Of a stretch of DNA of 64,000 bases, positions 12,325-25,235 are shown piece after piece; position 1 is the first letter of the stretch, and each line of letters starts with the position of its first letter. The DNA lies in assembly GCF_964204645.1 (NCBI RefSeq), contig NC_134030.1:10189947-10253946 (forward strand), given 5' to 3'. The notes under the pieces are model-generated. The model did not search any database. It was not told the origin of the DNA and saw only the letters and a list, made by a program, of their open reading frames with translations. The position numbers and the translations under genes are program-made. The DNA comes from Tubulanus polymorphus. Its lineage: Eukaryota; Animalia; Nemertea.

Positions 12325-12774
12325 GGCACACCTAAGGAGAGGGTGCCCCTAAAAACGTCAAGTTGCCCTCCAATCTTACGGTAAAGAGAAAAGTTATCAA
12401 CCCAGAAGGTTTGGATTCATAAACTTCTTCTTTGTATTTGCAAATATATAGAATAAATAAATATATAGATCTGGCCCAGAATATCGACTATATATTTCTA
12501 CGGTTGAATTGTTTATTTACTTATTCATTTGTGGCGATTGCAATCGAATTATTACTGTGAAATTTGCACACAAAAAGCCAGGACTTATTCATCATTTCGT
12601 GTAGACACAATATATAGAGAATCCCACACTGATAAAAACGAGAAAGATGAAGTCCGAAAAAAGTTTCCTTCAAGCTAATAATTTATTGATTCGACGTTTC
12701 GACTAATAATCGTTATCAGGAATCTGAATAATACACGATAGGTAACAAATACACGCATCTCTGAGACTCAATTT

Positions 12775-12963
12775 TCCGGTTAAGCCGCCGGTCACTGGTC
12801 TTCTTAAACCAGGGTTTATGGGTTCAAACCCTGGTGGCGACAGAGTTTCTTGGTCAAAGGTTCTTCTCTGGTCTCTCCCCCTCCCCATTGGGTAAAAGAA
12901 ACATCGAACCCACTTATAATGCCCTGCGTGATGCTCAGTGGGTTGATGGAACTAAAAAAAAAA
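12775..12963 (+). mobile_element. Probable tRNA-derived SINE
   Basis: B-box-like GGTTCAAACCC at about 12821 and a terminal A-run; no tRNA cloverleaf. Confidence 0.45.
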
Positions 12964-13106
12964 TGAAAAATGGAAAAAAATAAGAAGATTTTCCGAGAGA
13001 ATGTACGTTAAATTTGCATCATATTTCGATGTTGTCCGTTTTATCGAAAAGCTCAACTTCAATGGGAAGGCATAGACCCCAGATGCATCCCTGACAAAGA
13101 AATCTT

Positions 13107-13418
13107 CGAGTGGTTAGAGCGTACGACTCTGGGAAGCCAGGTCGTGGGTTCGAACCCGCACATTAGCGTAGTGTCCTCGGGCAAGACACTTATCATCATC
13201 GCCTCTCTTCACCCAGGAGTTAATTGGTACCTGGCCTGAAAGATGACTCTTGTGCACCAGTTATTGCTCGGATGCTTCTTCTCCCCGGGGATGACTGTTA
13301 CACGTAATAGAGTTAGAGTTATAGGCTTTTGGGGGGGGGGGGGTAATAATACCAAATTCGGAGCACATTTGAACTGACTCTTAAGGATACCTGCGCTATA
13401 ATAATAATAATAATATAA
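13107..13418 (+). mobile_element. tRNA-derived SINE with CORE-like central domain and L2-like 3' tail
   Basis: A-box TGGTTAGAGC and B-box GGTTCGAACCC, then GTGTCCTCGGGCAAGACACTT..GCCTCTCTTCACCCAGG (MIR/CORE-like), ending GCGCTATA(AAT)n. The 3' half recurs at about 63684-63815. Confidence 0.8.
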
Positions 13419-13419
13419 T

Positions 13420-16400
13420 ATCTTTATTGTCCTTTGAGTAATATAAAATACAAGTCAGGTTTTTTTTTTTTACAATAAAGATGAGAAAAGGGTAAAATAC
13501 AAAATTTACAGGAAATCATACTAAAAACGCAGTTGAAAAATATGAATAAACATTTTTTTTTAAATAATAATAACAGTGATCGATTATTTACATACGTTGT
13601 TCAAATCCCAATGCGGTGAACTTTCCGAGAGCTTTGGTTAGTTTAGGGGAACACATGATAATTTTGAATTTTTCAGAATTGATCTCATTTTCATGAAGAG
13701 GATAATATTTTTCAAATTCCATCAAAAGGTCTTTCCTGAGCTCCTGTAACTTTGTACATTCAAGTAGAAAATGTAGCTCATCTTCTATTACATTGCAACT
13801 TGTGCAAAGTCTTTGTTCTTTTGGTGTACTGGTATACCTTCATGTTTCAATGGCTAACTTGTGTGCGCTAATTCTTAATTTTGAGATAGCTCTTTTATTT
13901 GATTTAGGTATATCCGAAAGTAAGTAGTATTCCAAAGTAAAGTCAAATTTATATTGATTGTATAGGTTCAATTTGGTGTATGAATGTAATTTAGATTTCC
14001 AAAATAGTTTGTAGCGTTCCTGGAGTATATGCTTGAAGTTTCTGATGTCAGTAAATGAGATGAATCCACCTTTGTCTAGTAAATCCTCACAGTTAGTTAA
14101 TGTCATGATACATTTCAGGAAGGTATTCCAGTCACTATTTACATCTAAGTCCATTAGCACAACATTTACCATACTATTTACAGAGCCAACCAAGTGCTTA
14201 TAATATTTGACAATATGTACAAATGCATTAATATACAAAGGTAGTCTACCCAACTCGCCCAGAACCGCTAAGTTGGTAGCTTTTTTATTGACCATCAAAA
14301 TATATTTACAGAATCTAACCATTAGTTTGTTTAGGTCGTCTTTTTCGAATGATTCTTCTAGGTAAAAAGGTTTTTTGTCCATATTCTTATGGATTCGTTT
14401 TGCTAAGTTTCTCTTAGGTAACCATATTTCGCATTCATATAGGAGTATAGGGGTTACTAGAGTGTCAAATAATTGGAGCGATATATCAGGGGGGCAATTT
14501 TGGCTACCTATTAACCTCTGTACTGCAAACATAGCCCTACTCGCTGACTTGAATAGTTCCTCTCTAGCCCTTTGGAAACTACCTGTTGAACAAAACATCA
14601 AACCAAGATATTTATACGTTTTTACAATATCAACTTCTTGATTGCCTAGGTAAAATTTAGAATGAATCGGTATTTGTCCTTTCTTGTTGAAAATCATGCA
14701 TTTGCTCTTTTCAGTGTTAATTTCTAATTTCCATGTTTCACAGTATTTTGACAGTTTATCGAGACATTTCTGGAGACCCCTTTCCGAATTAGACACGAGT
14801 ACCAAATTGTCAGCGTACAACAAACAATTTACAAGTAATTTCCCAATGGTGGTTGGATCACATTCTTCATCAAAAATCGATACAATATCATTCACATAAA
14901 GGTTAAAAAGCATGGGGCTCAACACGTTCCCCTGCTGTACTCCAATGCAAGACTCAAATTTATCAGATGTAGAAAATGGTCCTAGTTTTAGACGGCATGT
15001 CATGTTTTCATACATACTTTTAATTATTTTATTGAAGTGACTTCCAATTTCTGATTTTCTTAGTTTATGTATGAGACCTTGATGCCATACAGAGTCAAAT
15101 GCCTTCCTGAGATCTATGAAGCAACAATACAATTTACCCGAGGTGGACAATTTGGAATCTACGAGTTTTTTTAAAGTTAATATGTGGTCTGTAGTTCTAC
15201 TTTTTGGCATAAAACCAATCTGGTTGGGGGTTATTAGGTTTTTATTTATAAGGTAATTACTAAGTCTGTTATTGAGAACCTGGCAAAAAGCTTTACCCAA
15301 ACAGCTACCCAGTGTGATTCCTCTATAATTATCTGGCAGCGTTCTGTCGCCTTTTTTTAGCAGAGGTACAATAAGACCTTCGGACCAAGATGTCGGGAAT
15401 ATACCGTTTGAGTAAACGAAATTGAACAATTTGGCAAGTGGTTTGATAATGTAGTCTTTGCCATATTTAAGTAGCTCGTTAGTTATTCCATCAAGACCTG
15501 GGGATCTACTGTTTTTAAGTTTAGACAGAACATTGGATATTTCTTCTTCAGTAATCCGGTAGTCTAATTCTGTAAAAACATTGTCGGCTTCAGGTAAGTT
15601 GTCTTCGACAACAAATTTTGGCAGCGTTCAGCGACTTAAAGTGGTTGATAAATTCCGTAGAATTAGGGGTATAATTGTCATTGACTGGTTTTTCACCATC
15701 CTTGTTTAGATTTTTGATAATTTTCCAAAACTCCCTGGGTCTACATTTTAGGGAAGTTAATTTTGACAGCTCAGATTGTCTGAATATTGCACGTTTTGTC
15801 CTAAGAGTTTTCTTATATCGTTTTTTTAAAATGAAATATTTCTGCCTATTCTCCCCATCTGTTTCATAACGTAATTTTCTGCCTGTTAACTGTAAGTTCT
15901 TTTTCAACGACATACATTCCTTATCAAACCAACTCTTCTTATCGGTATTCTTCTGCACCTTAGGATTCTGAACCTTTGTTTTGACATTGGTATTCAATAT
16001 GGATACAAAATTATTCACTATTTCATTTAACGTTTCGATATTTACACCTTCAGTAGTCCATATTTCACCCTCAAGAAATTGATCTAATTTACACAATATT
16101 TCCGGATTAGAAAGGTAAGAGTTGACCTCTTCTACATCTTTGAGTTTAGAAAATTGCATGTTATAAAAATTAGACTGACCAACCGAGGAATTCTTGGGTC
16201 TAGGAGGTACATCTCTTTTGTATTCAAAGCCGAGTGAAATAGCGCTATGATCAGATAGTTCGGTCAAATGGTGCACATAGAAATATTTAATGCGTGGATA
16301 TAGGCTTTCATTGGCTATAGCTAAGTCAACCACACTACTGCCGTTCCATTGATGGCATTTATATTCCCCAAAACTGTCACCAGGACAACGACCATTTAAA

Positions 16401-16750
16401 ATACATAGATTATTGCCTTTACACAAATTGATAATGTTTCTTCCCATTTTATTAGTAGTGCAATCCTTATTTCTCCGTGGGGAGATATTCTGGATTGACA
16501 AATTCATTTCTGATATTCCTGGCAGATACTTTCTATCATTTTCATCAATATTGGTACATTCATTTTTCAATCCTGTTCTTGCGTTCAGGTCACCTATAAG
16601 CAACACTTCCCCCAAGCTTGAGTACTTTACACATCCACGCTCCAATATCCCAAAGTTTTCCTCTGAGTTTTTTACACCAAATATGAATGATGCCATTGAC
16701 ACTATTATTATCACTCTTCCAAGCTGACGAGGAAGCATATACATTTTCCA
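13420..16750 (-). mobile_element. Non-LTR retrotransposon (RTE-X-like), 5'-truncated and inactivated ORF2 (AP endonuclease + RT + CCHC tail)
   Basis: EN motifs GDLNAR, SVVD and SDH. RT motifs NYRGITL, QIGF, FIDLRKAFD and QGNVLSP, with YADN in place of YADD. Also GELGR and a C-terminal RLCxxC..EDELHFLLEC. Frameshift near 15600, in-frame stop at 13840, AATAAA plus (ATT)n tail. Confidence 0.92.
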
Positions 16751-17721
16751 CTCCTTATTCGTGATAGGTTTGTGTACGATTTCTTTAAATACCTCTTACA
16801 TCTGCAATACATTCATCGGTATTTTTACTGAATTTTACTGAATGAATAACATCCGTGTTTGACAAATCGTGTTTATACATACGCCATAATTAAAAATCAT
16901 CTCGTATTCATTTAACCATGGACTCTTAAATTCGTTTTAGAGTCCATGATTTAACTGATAATTATAGAATTCGCGAACAGGTTGTAGACTATTCTTATAG
17001 TGCGCAATAGACAGTGCCCGCGGGGGCTATATTCGTGCATTTTAAATTCACTAGAGAAAAAAATAGACTCCTTTCATCGCAACACTTAAGAAAGCCATAA
17101 TAAATTCATGTCCCCGTATATCTGAGAGAGACCATTGTCTACGTTCCTCTCAGCGCAGTTTTTCTTAAATAATTGACATGATTTTCCGCTTGTCGTGTGT
17201 TGACAGACCTGAACCTCGTGATTATTCACCTGCGCTATAGAACCTATAGCAATCGGGACTTGCCGGATAAAAAAATGTGTGCATCAGAAGTAAATACTAA
17301 TTGAGCATTAGTTAGTCAATTCTAATTTACTTTTTCGTCATTGGCGCTAATCGTTGATATCCCGTCGGATATCTCCGCGTCGAAGGTAGCGTTGCGTAAG
17401 CGTTGTTGTAAATATGAAAGGTCTGTCTCGATCACCACTTAGATCGCATACGCGCTTATGTCTGACTATATACCTTTTGTTCTTTTTCCTTTTTCGCTTT
17501 CTGTGAATATTGTACTTCACTTGCTCATGTTCATTATACTACGGATCAATAAATAATATCGTATTTCGCATTTTGTTTCGTATTGCAGAATGATACGCTA
17601 CGCGTGATGGCTCACGAATTCTGAGGTGAAAGAAACCAGCAATTGTATATACGCATTTCTGCGGAATCATATCGAAGAGTTACGCACATCACAATTTTGG
17701 ATAATTCTGTATCATATAAAC

Positions 17722-18192
17722 ATGTCGATTTTCAAGAAATCGTTTTGGAAGAAACGCCGCGACGAGGAAGAAGGACCAAACGACGGACTAAACCGACGAG
17801 GCAGTGGTCAGAACGAATCCGGTATGGAAAGCCCGGCGGACGAGAAACGCCGTTTGCGACATTCGCTATCGGTGTCAAGGTCGGGCAGATTCAAGCAGAA
17901 AGAGAAAAAACGGACCGGATTTCTGGATCAGCCGGAACTGTTCTCCAGTCCGGATAATCAGTGTAAAACGTCTGCGGACGATGTGAGTAATAGCTCACCC
18001 GATAGTCCATCTTTATCGCGAGAGACAGACTCGAACATGAACGTGTCTCCGGGCGGATCTCTGCGAACGCCGAGTGGCGCCGATTCGTGTCACAAAGCCG
18101 AACAGAACATCTCGTCGAAACTGTCTCAAAGCCATAAACATAACGATCCGACAAACGGTCGGAAAAATTCAGCGCAGACTGCCATAGTCTGA
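17722..18192 (+). CDS. Small disordered protein (156 aa), PRR15/PRR15L (ATAD4 family)-like
   Basis: The first in-frame ATG is at 17722, after a splice acceptor (tttgtttcgtattgcag, 17588). N-terminus MSIFKKSFWKKRR and motif LRHSLSVSRSGRFKQKEKKR resemble, from memory, PRR15/PRR15L 'WWKLTFLRKKK' and 'NLxxSRSGRFKEKRKVR'. The ORF is GC-richer than its flanks. Confidence 0.75.
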   Translation: MSIFKKSFWKKRRDEEEGPNDGLNRRGSGQNESGMESPADEKRRLRHSLSVSRSGRFKQKEKKRTGFLDQPELFSSPDNQCKTSADDVSNSSPDSPSLSRETDSNMNVSPGGSLRTPSGADSCHKAEQNISSKLSQSHKHNDPTNGRKNSAQTAIV

Positions 18193-19718
18193 AGAATCTT
18201 CAGCTTACGTTTTAGATATTATTGTAGTGTGACAAATTAATCACTAGATATAATGCGATGACAGTGATAACACAAATAGTGTGATAAACGAAGGTGATAT
18301 AGGATTGAACGATGAACGAGTAAACATGACACTTGTACTCAATTCATCAAACCAGTGATTAAAAACTTCAGTTTTATGGTTAACGAACGCGTTTAGGTTA
18401 TGAGTGGCTAAATCTTTTATATGCCCACTTGATCTCATAGTTGGAGTGTACGTGAAATAGTGTATAAATAATGATCATGTAAAAAGTACTTCGAAGCTAA
18501 AAGTTTAGAGTTTAGTGTGTCAGATCTTAAGTGTCAACTGCTGATGTCCACAATTTGTGAAATACAAAGAAAACATCTTCTTTAAGGCGAAAAAGATACC
18601 TTGTTTTTCATGGCCGACAGGGCCACTATCCTATAGCTAAAGTATAGTATTAAGGTTGAATAAACCTTAATTTTAATTTGAATACATCGATTTCGGATTG
18701 AATTGAATGGAATTGAGTCTAGCCCCGATATTGGTGACGTAGTGCACATACATTTACACGATGTACTAATTTATTGTTAAAATTGTATGAAAATTCTTTA
18801 GATAGGAGGTAAATAGTCATAAAATCTGATTTATTACAATGTAAATTTTCACAATCATGGTAATCGTTATTTTGAAAGCTAATATATTGATGAGGTATTG
18901 CATATCGCCTAACGCACTACCCCTGAAATAAAGCATAGGTAGGTAGTTATTGATTTAATGTTTGTGTGACGGATTTTGGGGCGTCAAAAGTATATGAAAA
19001 TCGGTCGGGTCATTGCTTATATCTTGGTATCTATTTTCCAGATAGAACTCAGATATATTTTATATGACGGATCAATTATTTGATAATTGTCCATTTTTGT
19101 TATCTGAAAAGAATAAACAATCGGGTGGTTGGATGATGTCGAATTTCAGAATCATGAGAAACAAGGTATCTATTTTCACGAGCCTTAAGCTTATTCTCAA
19201 AGAAAATGAAATTAAATCGTTGGTTCTTCAAGCGCGCAGTGCTGGCAAAATGTAAATGGGATGCTTCTATGGAAATGGCTTATTCTAAGGCATATCGGTG
19301 GTATACATGTTTGGTCATAAGATATGTACATAGATTCGCGATGCATCTTCAACCAAATGTAACGCGTAGCGTTTGAAATGACAGAGCCAAGAGCTTTCAA
19401 AATAAGGAATACTCGCTTCTTGGTTTTACTGGCGCATACGGTGTACAAAAGAATTACCACAAGCTTCGACAACTAGTTTTAGTGACAAAAAATTAGCATA
19501 ATTGTCATCATTGTGTATGTTTTATATTTTTCGAATACATTTTCGAAACACATCGCAAAACGAGAACAGGAAATTCATTTAATACTCGTACAATAACCGG
19601 GTGCTGTAACCGAGCTTTACAAAATTATTCGTTCTTTACAAACTTAAGTAGGCCACGCCCGTTGAAAATGAATTTGTTTCAATTTTATGATTTCTTTTAT
19701 CTTTTTTTATATCTCAAA

Positions 19719-19911
<193 letters not shown>

Positions 19912-21371
19912 CTCGTTATTTGGCCTTTTTATTCCCATGACTGTTCGATGCTTAATGGCCCGATTAAAGTTCAATCAAAACGTTTTACTTCATTGTCCAA
20001 CGCACTTTTTATATTCTCTCAAAAACTGTACCGATCAGATATATAGGCTTATATAGACATCTGTCTGAGTGTGGGAACTGGTTTAGATATCACGGACCCC
20101 GTCACGCGCTGTCGCGTATGGGGAAATGGAAAAGATAAGACTAGCCAACTACGTAAGACAAAATATCGAAAATCCGACAATCGATCATCAACGCTAGGCA
20201 TATAAATAAATCATGTACAATTTTGTCGTTTCGGGCTATCTATGTAACTAAATGATTCTCGCAAATATGTTTAACTACTGCTGCTACTGCTGCTACTGCT
20301 GTTATGAAATTGAGGTATATATTTGAATTGCACATTATTGAAGTATATCGACAATAGCTGTATACGCGGGACAATTTAACGTTGAGTGGTCTGACTGATA
20401 CAGTTTTCGATTTTTTCCATAAGTGGTTTGTGCGGAGCGCTCGGGCACAAAACGGTATGTTATAGACGTTTGCTGTCCTAGTGCCGTGTGTGATACACAT
20501 ATATAATTCATCCTAATTGGGGGAAATTTAATGGTATCAACTGAAATGAAGTGTCACAATTTCAAGTGTTGCGTCTCACGGCTAACTAGTCGTAAACGAA
20601 ATTAAAAGAAAAATCATGTGTCTCGCGATATACATGTATATAATTAGACAACATAAGGGCAATACCCGTGTATATGCGAGAACCGAGGGGTTTTCTCTTA
20701 GATTTAGTTTGGAGTTTGAGTAAATACGTTGTTAAAATTTTTTAAGCGTAAAACGTACACGGAGAATACAGCTTTGTGTCGTGGGGTGCAATGCAATACT
20801 GACTACTAGTTGTATTGTACGAAAAAAAGAAGTGTTTCGTGTACAAGCCTGATGTGTGCGCGCTATTGAAATCACCTCAATCGACGACATAAAAATAAGG
20901 TGAACAGCTTTAAAATCGCGGTGGCACTAGGCTTTTGCATTTATTTCATTATTACGTGTTATGTTATGTATTTATTTATATACCGAGCGAGTTGTGTGCA
21001 AATATTATTTCGTCCGAAAAACATTCAGCGACGTGTACTCCGCGATTAATTAAGGCTGTTTTTATGTCAATTGTTCTTTCGTATCTGTTATCCGCGTAGA
21101 ACTATACTGAAATTACATGTTTCGACGACATTTGGGCTAAAGGGGTTCTATTGTTTGTTCTATTCCGCTTCCGTCTTCTAAAAATGAAGTCAGAAGTAAC
21201 AAGAAGTAGCGGCTTTCAATTTTCGGTCAATTTATGCACTTCTTTGTGCGTTTAATTTGTGTGAACTGAAGCCCTGAACCCGCGGAAACAAAAACGTTTA
21301 TCTTCCCAAATCAGTTAAACCAGGGAGGTGCCCCCTGCTTAAACTTCATCATCGAATATGGATAAACACCA

Positions 21372-21497
21372 GGACCCGCGGTTCCACAGTTTCGAGGGAA
21401 GATTTGACTCGGAATTAACCCATTAGAGATGAACTAATTTCAACTCTAAACTCTAAGTTAGTTAACTCTAACTCACAACACTGTGGAACTGGGTCCA
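21372..21497. mobile_element. Short MITE (ggaccc..gttccacagt / actgtggaactgggtcc)
   Basis: Imperfect TIRs with internal aactcta repeats. Confidence 0.55.
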
Positions 21498-22920
21498 ATG
21501 TGACAATGCAGTCATTGTTTTCGTATTGTTAACCCAATCAGGGGCGGAAATAAGTGGCTGCTCACTTGCCTTCGTTCGCACTGAGGTTGCCTTCGCCAAT
21601 ACAGAGCTAGATAAAACCCGCAAATGTTACACTCATCCTGTCAGAATTTGCTTGTTTTAGCAACTGTTTCTTACCGAGGGTAAGAAGGTACCGAAAGTTT
21701 TTTAAGAAACATCTGAATACCAAGGTGAAGAGGGCTTTTATATTGCCTTCTGGACCCAAGCCTTCCAATTTTGCTAGATCCGCCCGGCCAATAAAAGATA
21801 ACTTATACGCTTAACAAGCCATGGTTGCCTTAAAAAGTACCATCAAATTCCTCTAATATTTACTACTGCTCGGAAACTTGCCACGCGTAAGAATTTGATT
21901 GAACGAAATGTATTATGGGCGAAAACTTTCTATTTGCAAAATTTCACCACGGACTCTAAAACGACCATGATTTTACTAATTAATTGTCACCGAGCTTTAA
22001 CCTCGACGGTCTTTTGTCCAAGCCAGCCGTCGATCCGCCAGGAATTCGCCGGGACTTAATATCGAGCGACGAAATTACGAAAGTTTTCCCACGGATATTT
22101 TGCACATATGAAAAATGATCTACGCTTCAGAAGTGAAAGGCGTCTCGTTGTTGTTACGGGTTACACGCCTCACTTCCCCGTGGTTGTAGCAAGGAAGTCC
22201 TATATTCTGAAATTCTAACGCCCGCATACCCCCATTTTCTATGCGTTGTCGTCGATCATATCGGAAATATCCATCAAACTTTAATAGTATGAAGTATTTC
22301 TCTAGTGTATTTGAAAAATGTAATATAGATTGACTTATTTACGTGTATGTATAAACAGATACGTATTATGTATGATTTGACGAATTGTGTGTACCGGTAC
22401 ATTGAATGTATATCTTGTTAAATTGTAAATAGATATTATTTGTTTCATTTTCCACACTATTGGTGATTACGATGAATAAATAACGAAATTCCACAAGTAA
22501 GATTTTAGCTTTTAGAAAACAATATAACGGGTTTTCGCTGTTTTCGTCGGACGGGCGACAGACTCGCGAGACTTCTCCGCCCAATGGACGAGTTGATCAG
22601 CAGGTCATATGATATCGTATGATGACTATACGTACTATGAGACTTGCGGCCTCCAGAATCTACATTAAACCTTAATTCCTGACATCATCTTTCGCAAGGC
22701 TCTTCACTTCAGCCTATCATAGGCTGGAGTGAAGCTGGGCTTTGAAAGCGCTTTTGTAAAGCAATACTACGGCTTTTTTGACAGGTCGGTTGTCGCCTCG
22801 ATCTGCAGCCGTTCGGGGCGATCCATGCGAAGAGTTCAAATTTGAAACCTTCTTTAGCCGACACGCGGGGAGAATACGGAAACAGGAAAGGGAAACTTGT
22901 TTCCCTGTGTCGAGTGCGTT

Positions 22921-23071
22921 TAGGCCCAATGCACACGGCGCAAGGAAACGTGGAAACACTCAAACATGGAATCAAGTATGTTTGATCTCGTTTCTCGTAT
23001 CTTGTAAACGCACAAAACACAGGGAAACGCTCGAAAACATGTTTCTGTTTCACTGCGTCGTGTGGGCTTTA
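22921..23071. mobile_element. MITE (gcccaatgcacacg..cgtgtgggc); related short copies lie in intron 6 of SLC34 copies A and C
   Basis: Shares termini with 26371-26429 and 46348-46444. Confidence 0.6.
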
Positions 23072-23859
23072 CGTATTAGAGCAACAATCTCGGTTTCGGG
23101 AAACAATGTTTACGAGATCAAACATGTTTGATTTCGTGTTTGTGTGTTTTCCTGCGTCGTTGCGCTAGATGGGATGAGGAGAGCAATCCCGGCTGTTGTT
23201 GCGCGCTCTGTATTCATACAGAAAGCAGCCTCACCGCCGCAACGTACGTTCGTGTATCATGCAAAATTATACGGCTTACATAATTGATGCATTTCAGGGT
23301 CTCGGATCGATGATGGCGGATATCGAAAATACGTGAAAATCATCGACGTGTTCATTTACAAGCCGCTGTTAAAATGCATTTCGAAATTCGAAAAAAATGG
23401 TCCAACGATGTATACGCGCATATGTATATATAGGCTTCGGGTTCTGAATTGTATTCTGTTTGAATACACAAATTCGTTTCCTAAATGAGACACAATTAAA
23501 TCTCACAGTGTTAATCGTACGGATGTATACGGTGTTGGTCGATGAATTAAAAAGTTTCCAGTTTCAAGGCGCCATTTTGTGGCGGTCCCTCGAGGTCAAC
23601 ATTGTTGCGATAATTTTCACTCTTTTTCAAACAGAAGTTTTGATTGAATCCCATTTAGTTCTGCAGTCCCTTGCTTGATAAAATCAATTCATACACCATT
23701 TTAAGCAGTGACGATGTGAAGCCAAGGACCGCATATCTTAACCGCGCGTCAAAAAAAAATCGCGATTTTAATTAATTTTGAAATATCTAAGTATTTCTTA
23801 GAATATATTTCCCATTATTTCAGAGATTAAAGAGTCTTATTTGTGGTTTGTATTGGTTG

Positions 23860-24010
23860 CAAAATTGTTTGAATGAACCGGAACCGAGCTTTCTGATTAT
23901 GTACTTCGATTTAAACCAAATTCGACCGCCGATCACACTGACTATAACTGTACTTCGATTTCCGATTTCAAAATTAAACCCCCGTTTCGCTCCCGGCAGG
24001 TTTGGTGGGT
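23860..24010. repeat. Dispersed repeat; inverted copy at about 63220-63380
   Basis: tgtttgaatgaaccggaaccga..gtacttcgattt..gctcccggcaggtttggtggg matches the reverse complement of 63221-63378. Confidence 0.7.
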
Positions 24011-25235
24011 TTGTAAGGGACACCAAATCAGAACGAATCAAACGAAATCTACCAATCAAATAAAAACCAGGGTCAATAACTATTTTAAGATAAAATATGT
24101 TACGTAATACAAACTAATGTTCATAGAAGATCTATTTCTAAACGAAGTAGAAAGATAATCGTGTTCATTTAATTGAAAATATCTTCGAAATTTTAACGAT
24201 AGATATCTTTACAATTTACCTTCTTTGTTTATAGGACCGTGGCTCTTTTATTCATTACACAATATACTTGCGCACATGTTGGATTTTCATGAGAACTAGT
24301 TTTTCTTTCTCTATACATCGCAGCGGGGAGCCGCTTGCGACAGCGGGCGATTTTCGACGGGCGAAATGACTAGAATTGCGTATTGCGCACTTTACATATA
24401 TATACAACGATCAAATTTGTTGGAATTAAAGAGATTGATAGATTCGGTTAGATATACGATGCTTTGATAAACTGTAATTATTTCTGTCGAGAATATCCTG
24501 GATGTAGTTGACAGTTTGTTGACGAGGGGTGAAAAACGCTGGCTTTCATGGAAACCAGACGCGACAAACATATCCGCATATTGCTAATCTGTCGTCAAAA
24601 AGACTGGAATGTATAATCTGGATTTCGACTTAGACTAAAGTCGTGTATGACGTACTGAAGAACGTTCCCCGTGAAGAAATTGTGTCTAAAAAAGGGCTTT
24701 AGCTTAGTAGATAATTAAGTTTCCAAAATTGTCATGATGGGTGTACTTTCATTTTAGTCTGGCATCAATTAAAAAACCTACAATCATTAGTAGGCCATAG
24801 GGTCCAGTTTTAGAAAAAAAAAAGTTTAATTAGGTTAAGTTCGAACAGTTAAGTTCGAAATGCCGCCGGCAATGAAAACCTGAAGTGGCCAGTAGCAGTT
24901 AAATCAACATTTTAGTATACTTTCGTGTGAACCTGTATCCAGGGGTGATTATTCAAATTTTCATCACAGGCATATTAGGCAATGTCTAACGCTCGCACGA
25001 ATATTTCCTCATACAGTTGAATTTGAAGCCGGAATTACTGCGATTCCTTCCATTTTAGATCTCGTTTGCGTTGATCAACTACTTGTTACAGGCGGCAATA
25101 CGAAAGAAAAATCGAGTCAAAATTCAATTTTTTTTCAGTTTATTTCGTTAACGTTAACACTGCATAAAATACAATGAGATTAATTGTGACAAAAGTATCT
25201 TTTCACAAACAATATTCTACTCCAGAGAATATAAA

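Noticed and set aside
13107-13170. Possible tRNA gene
   Set aside because: A and B boxes are present, but there is no acceptor stem, and the sequence continues into a SINE core and tail.
16917-16948. 32-bp hairpin catggactct..agagtccatg as a terminator or Helitron end
   Set aside because: There is no supporting context, and a half copy at about 21948 suggests a tiny dispersed repeat.
17626-17721. N-terminal extension of the 188-aa ORF
   Set aside because: It starts at GTG; the first in-frame ATG is at 17722.
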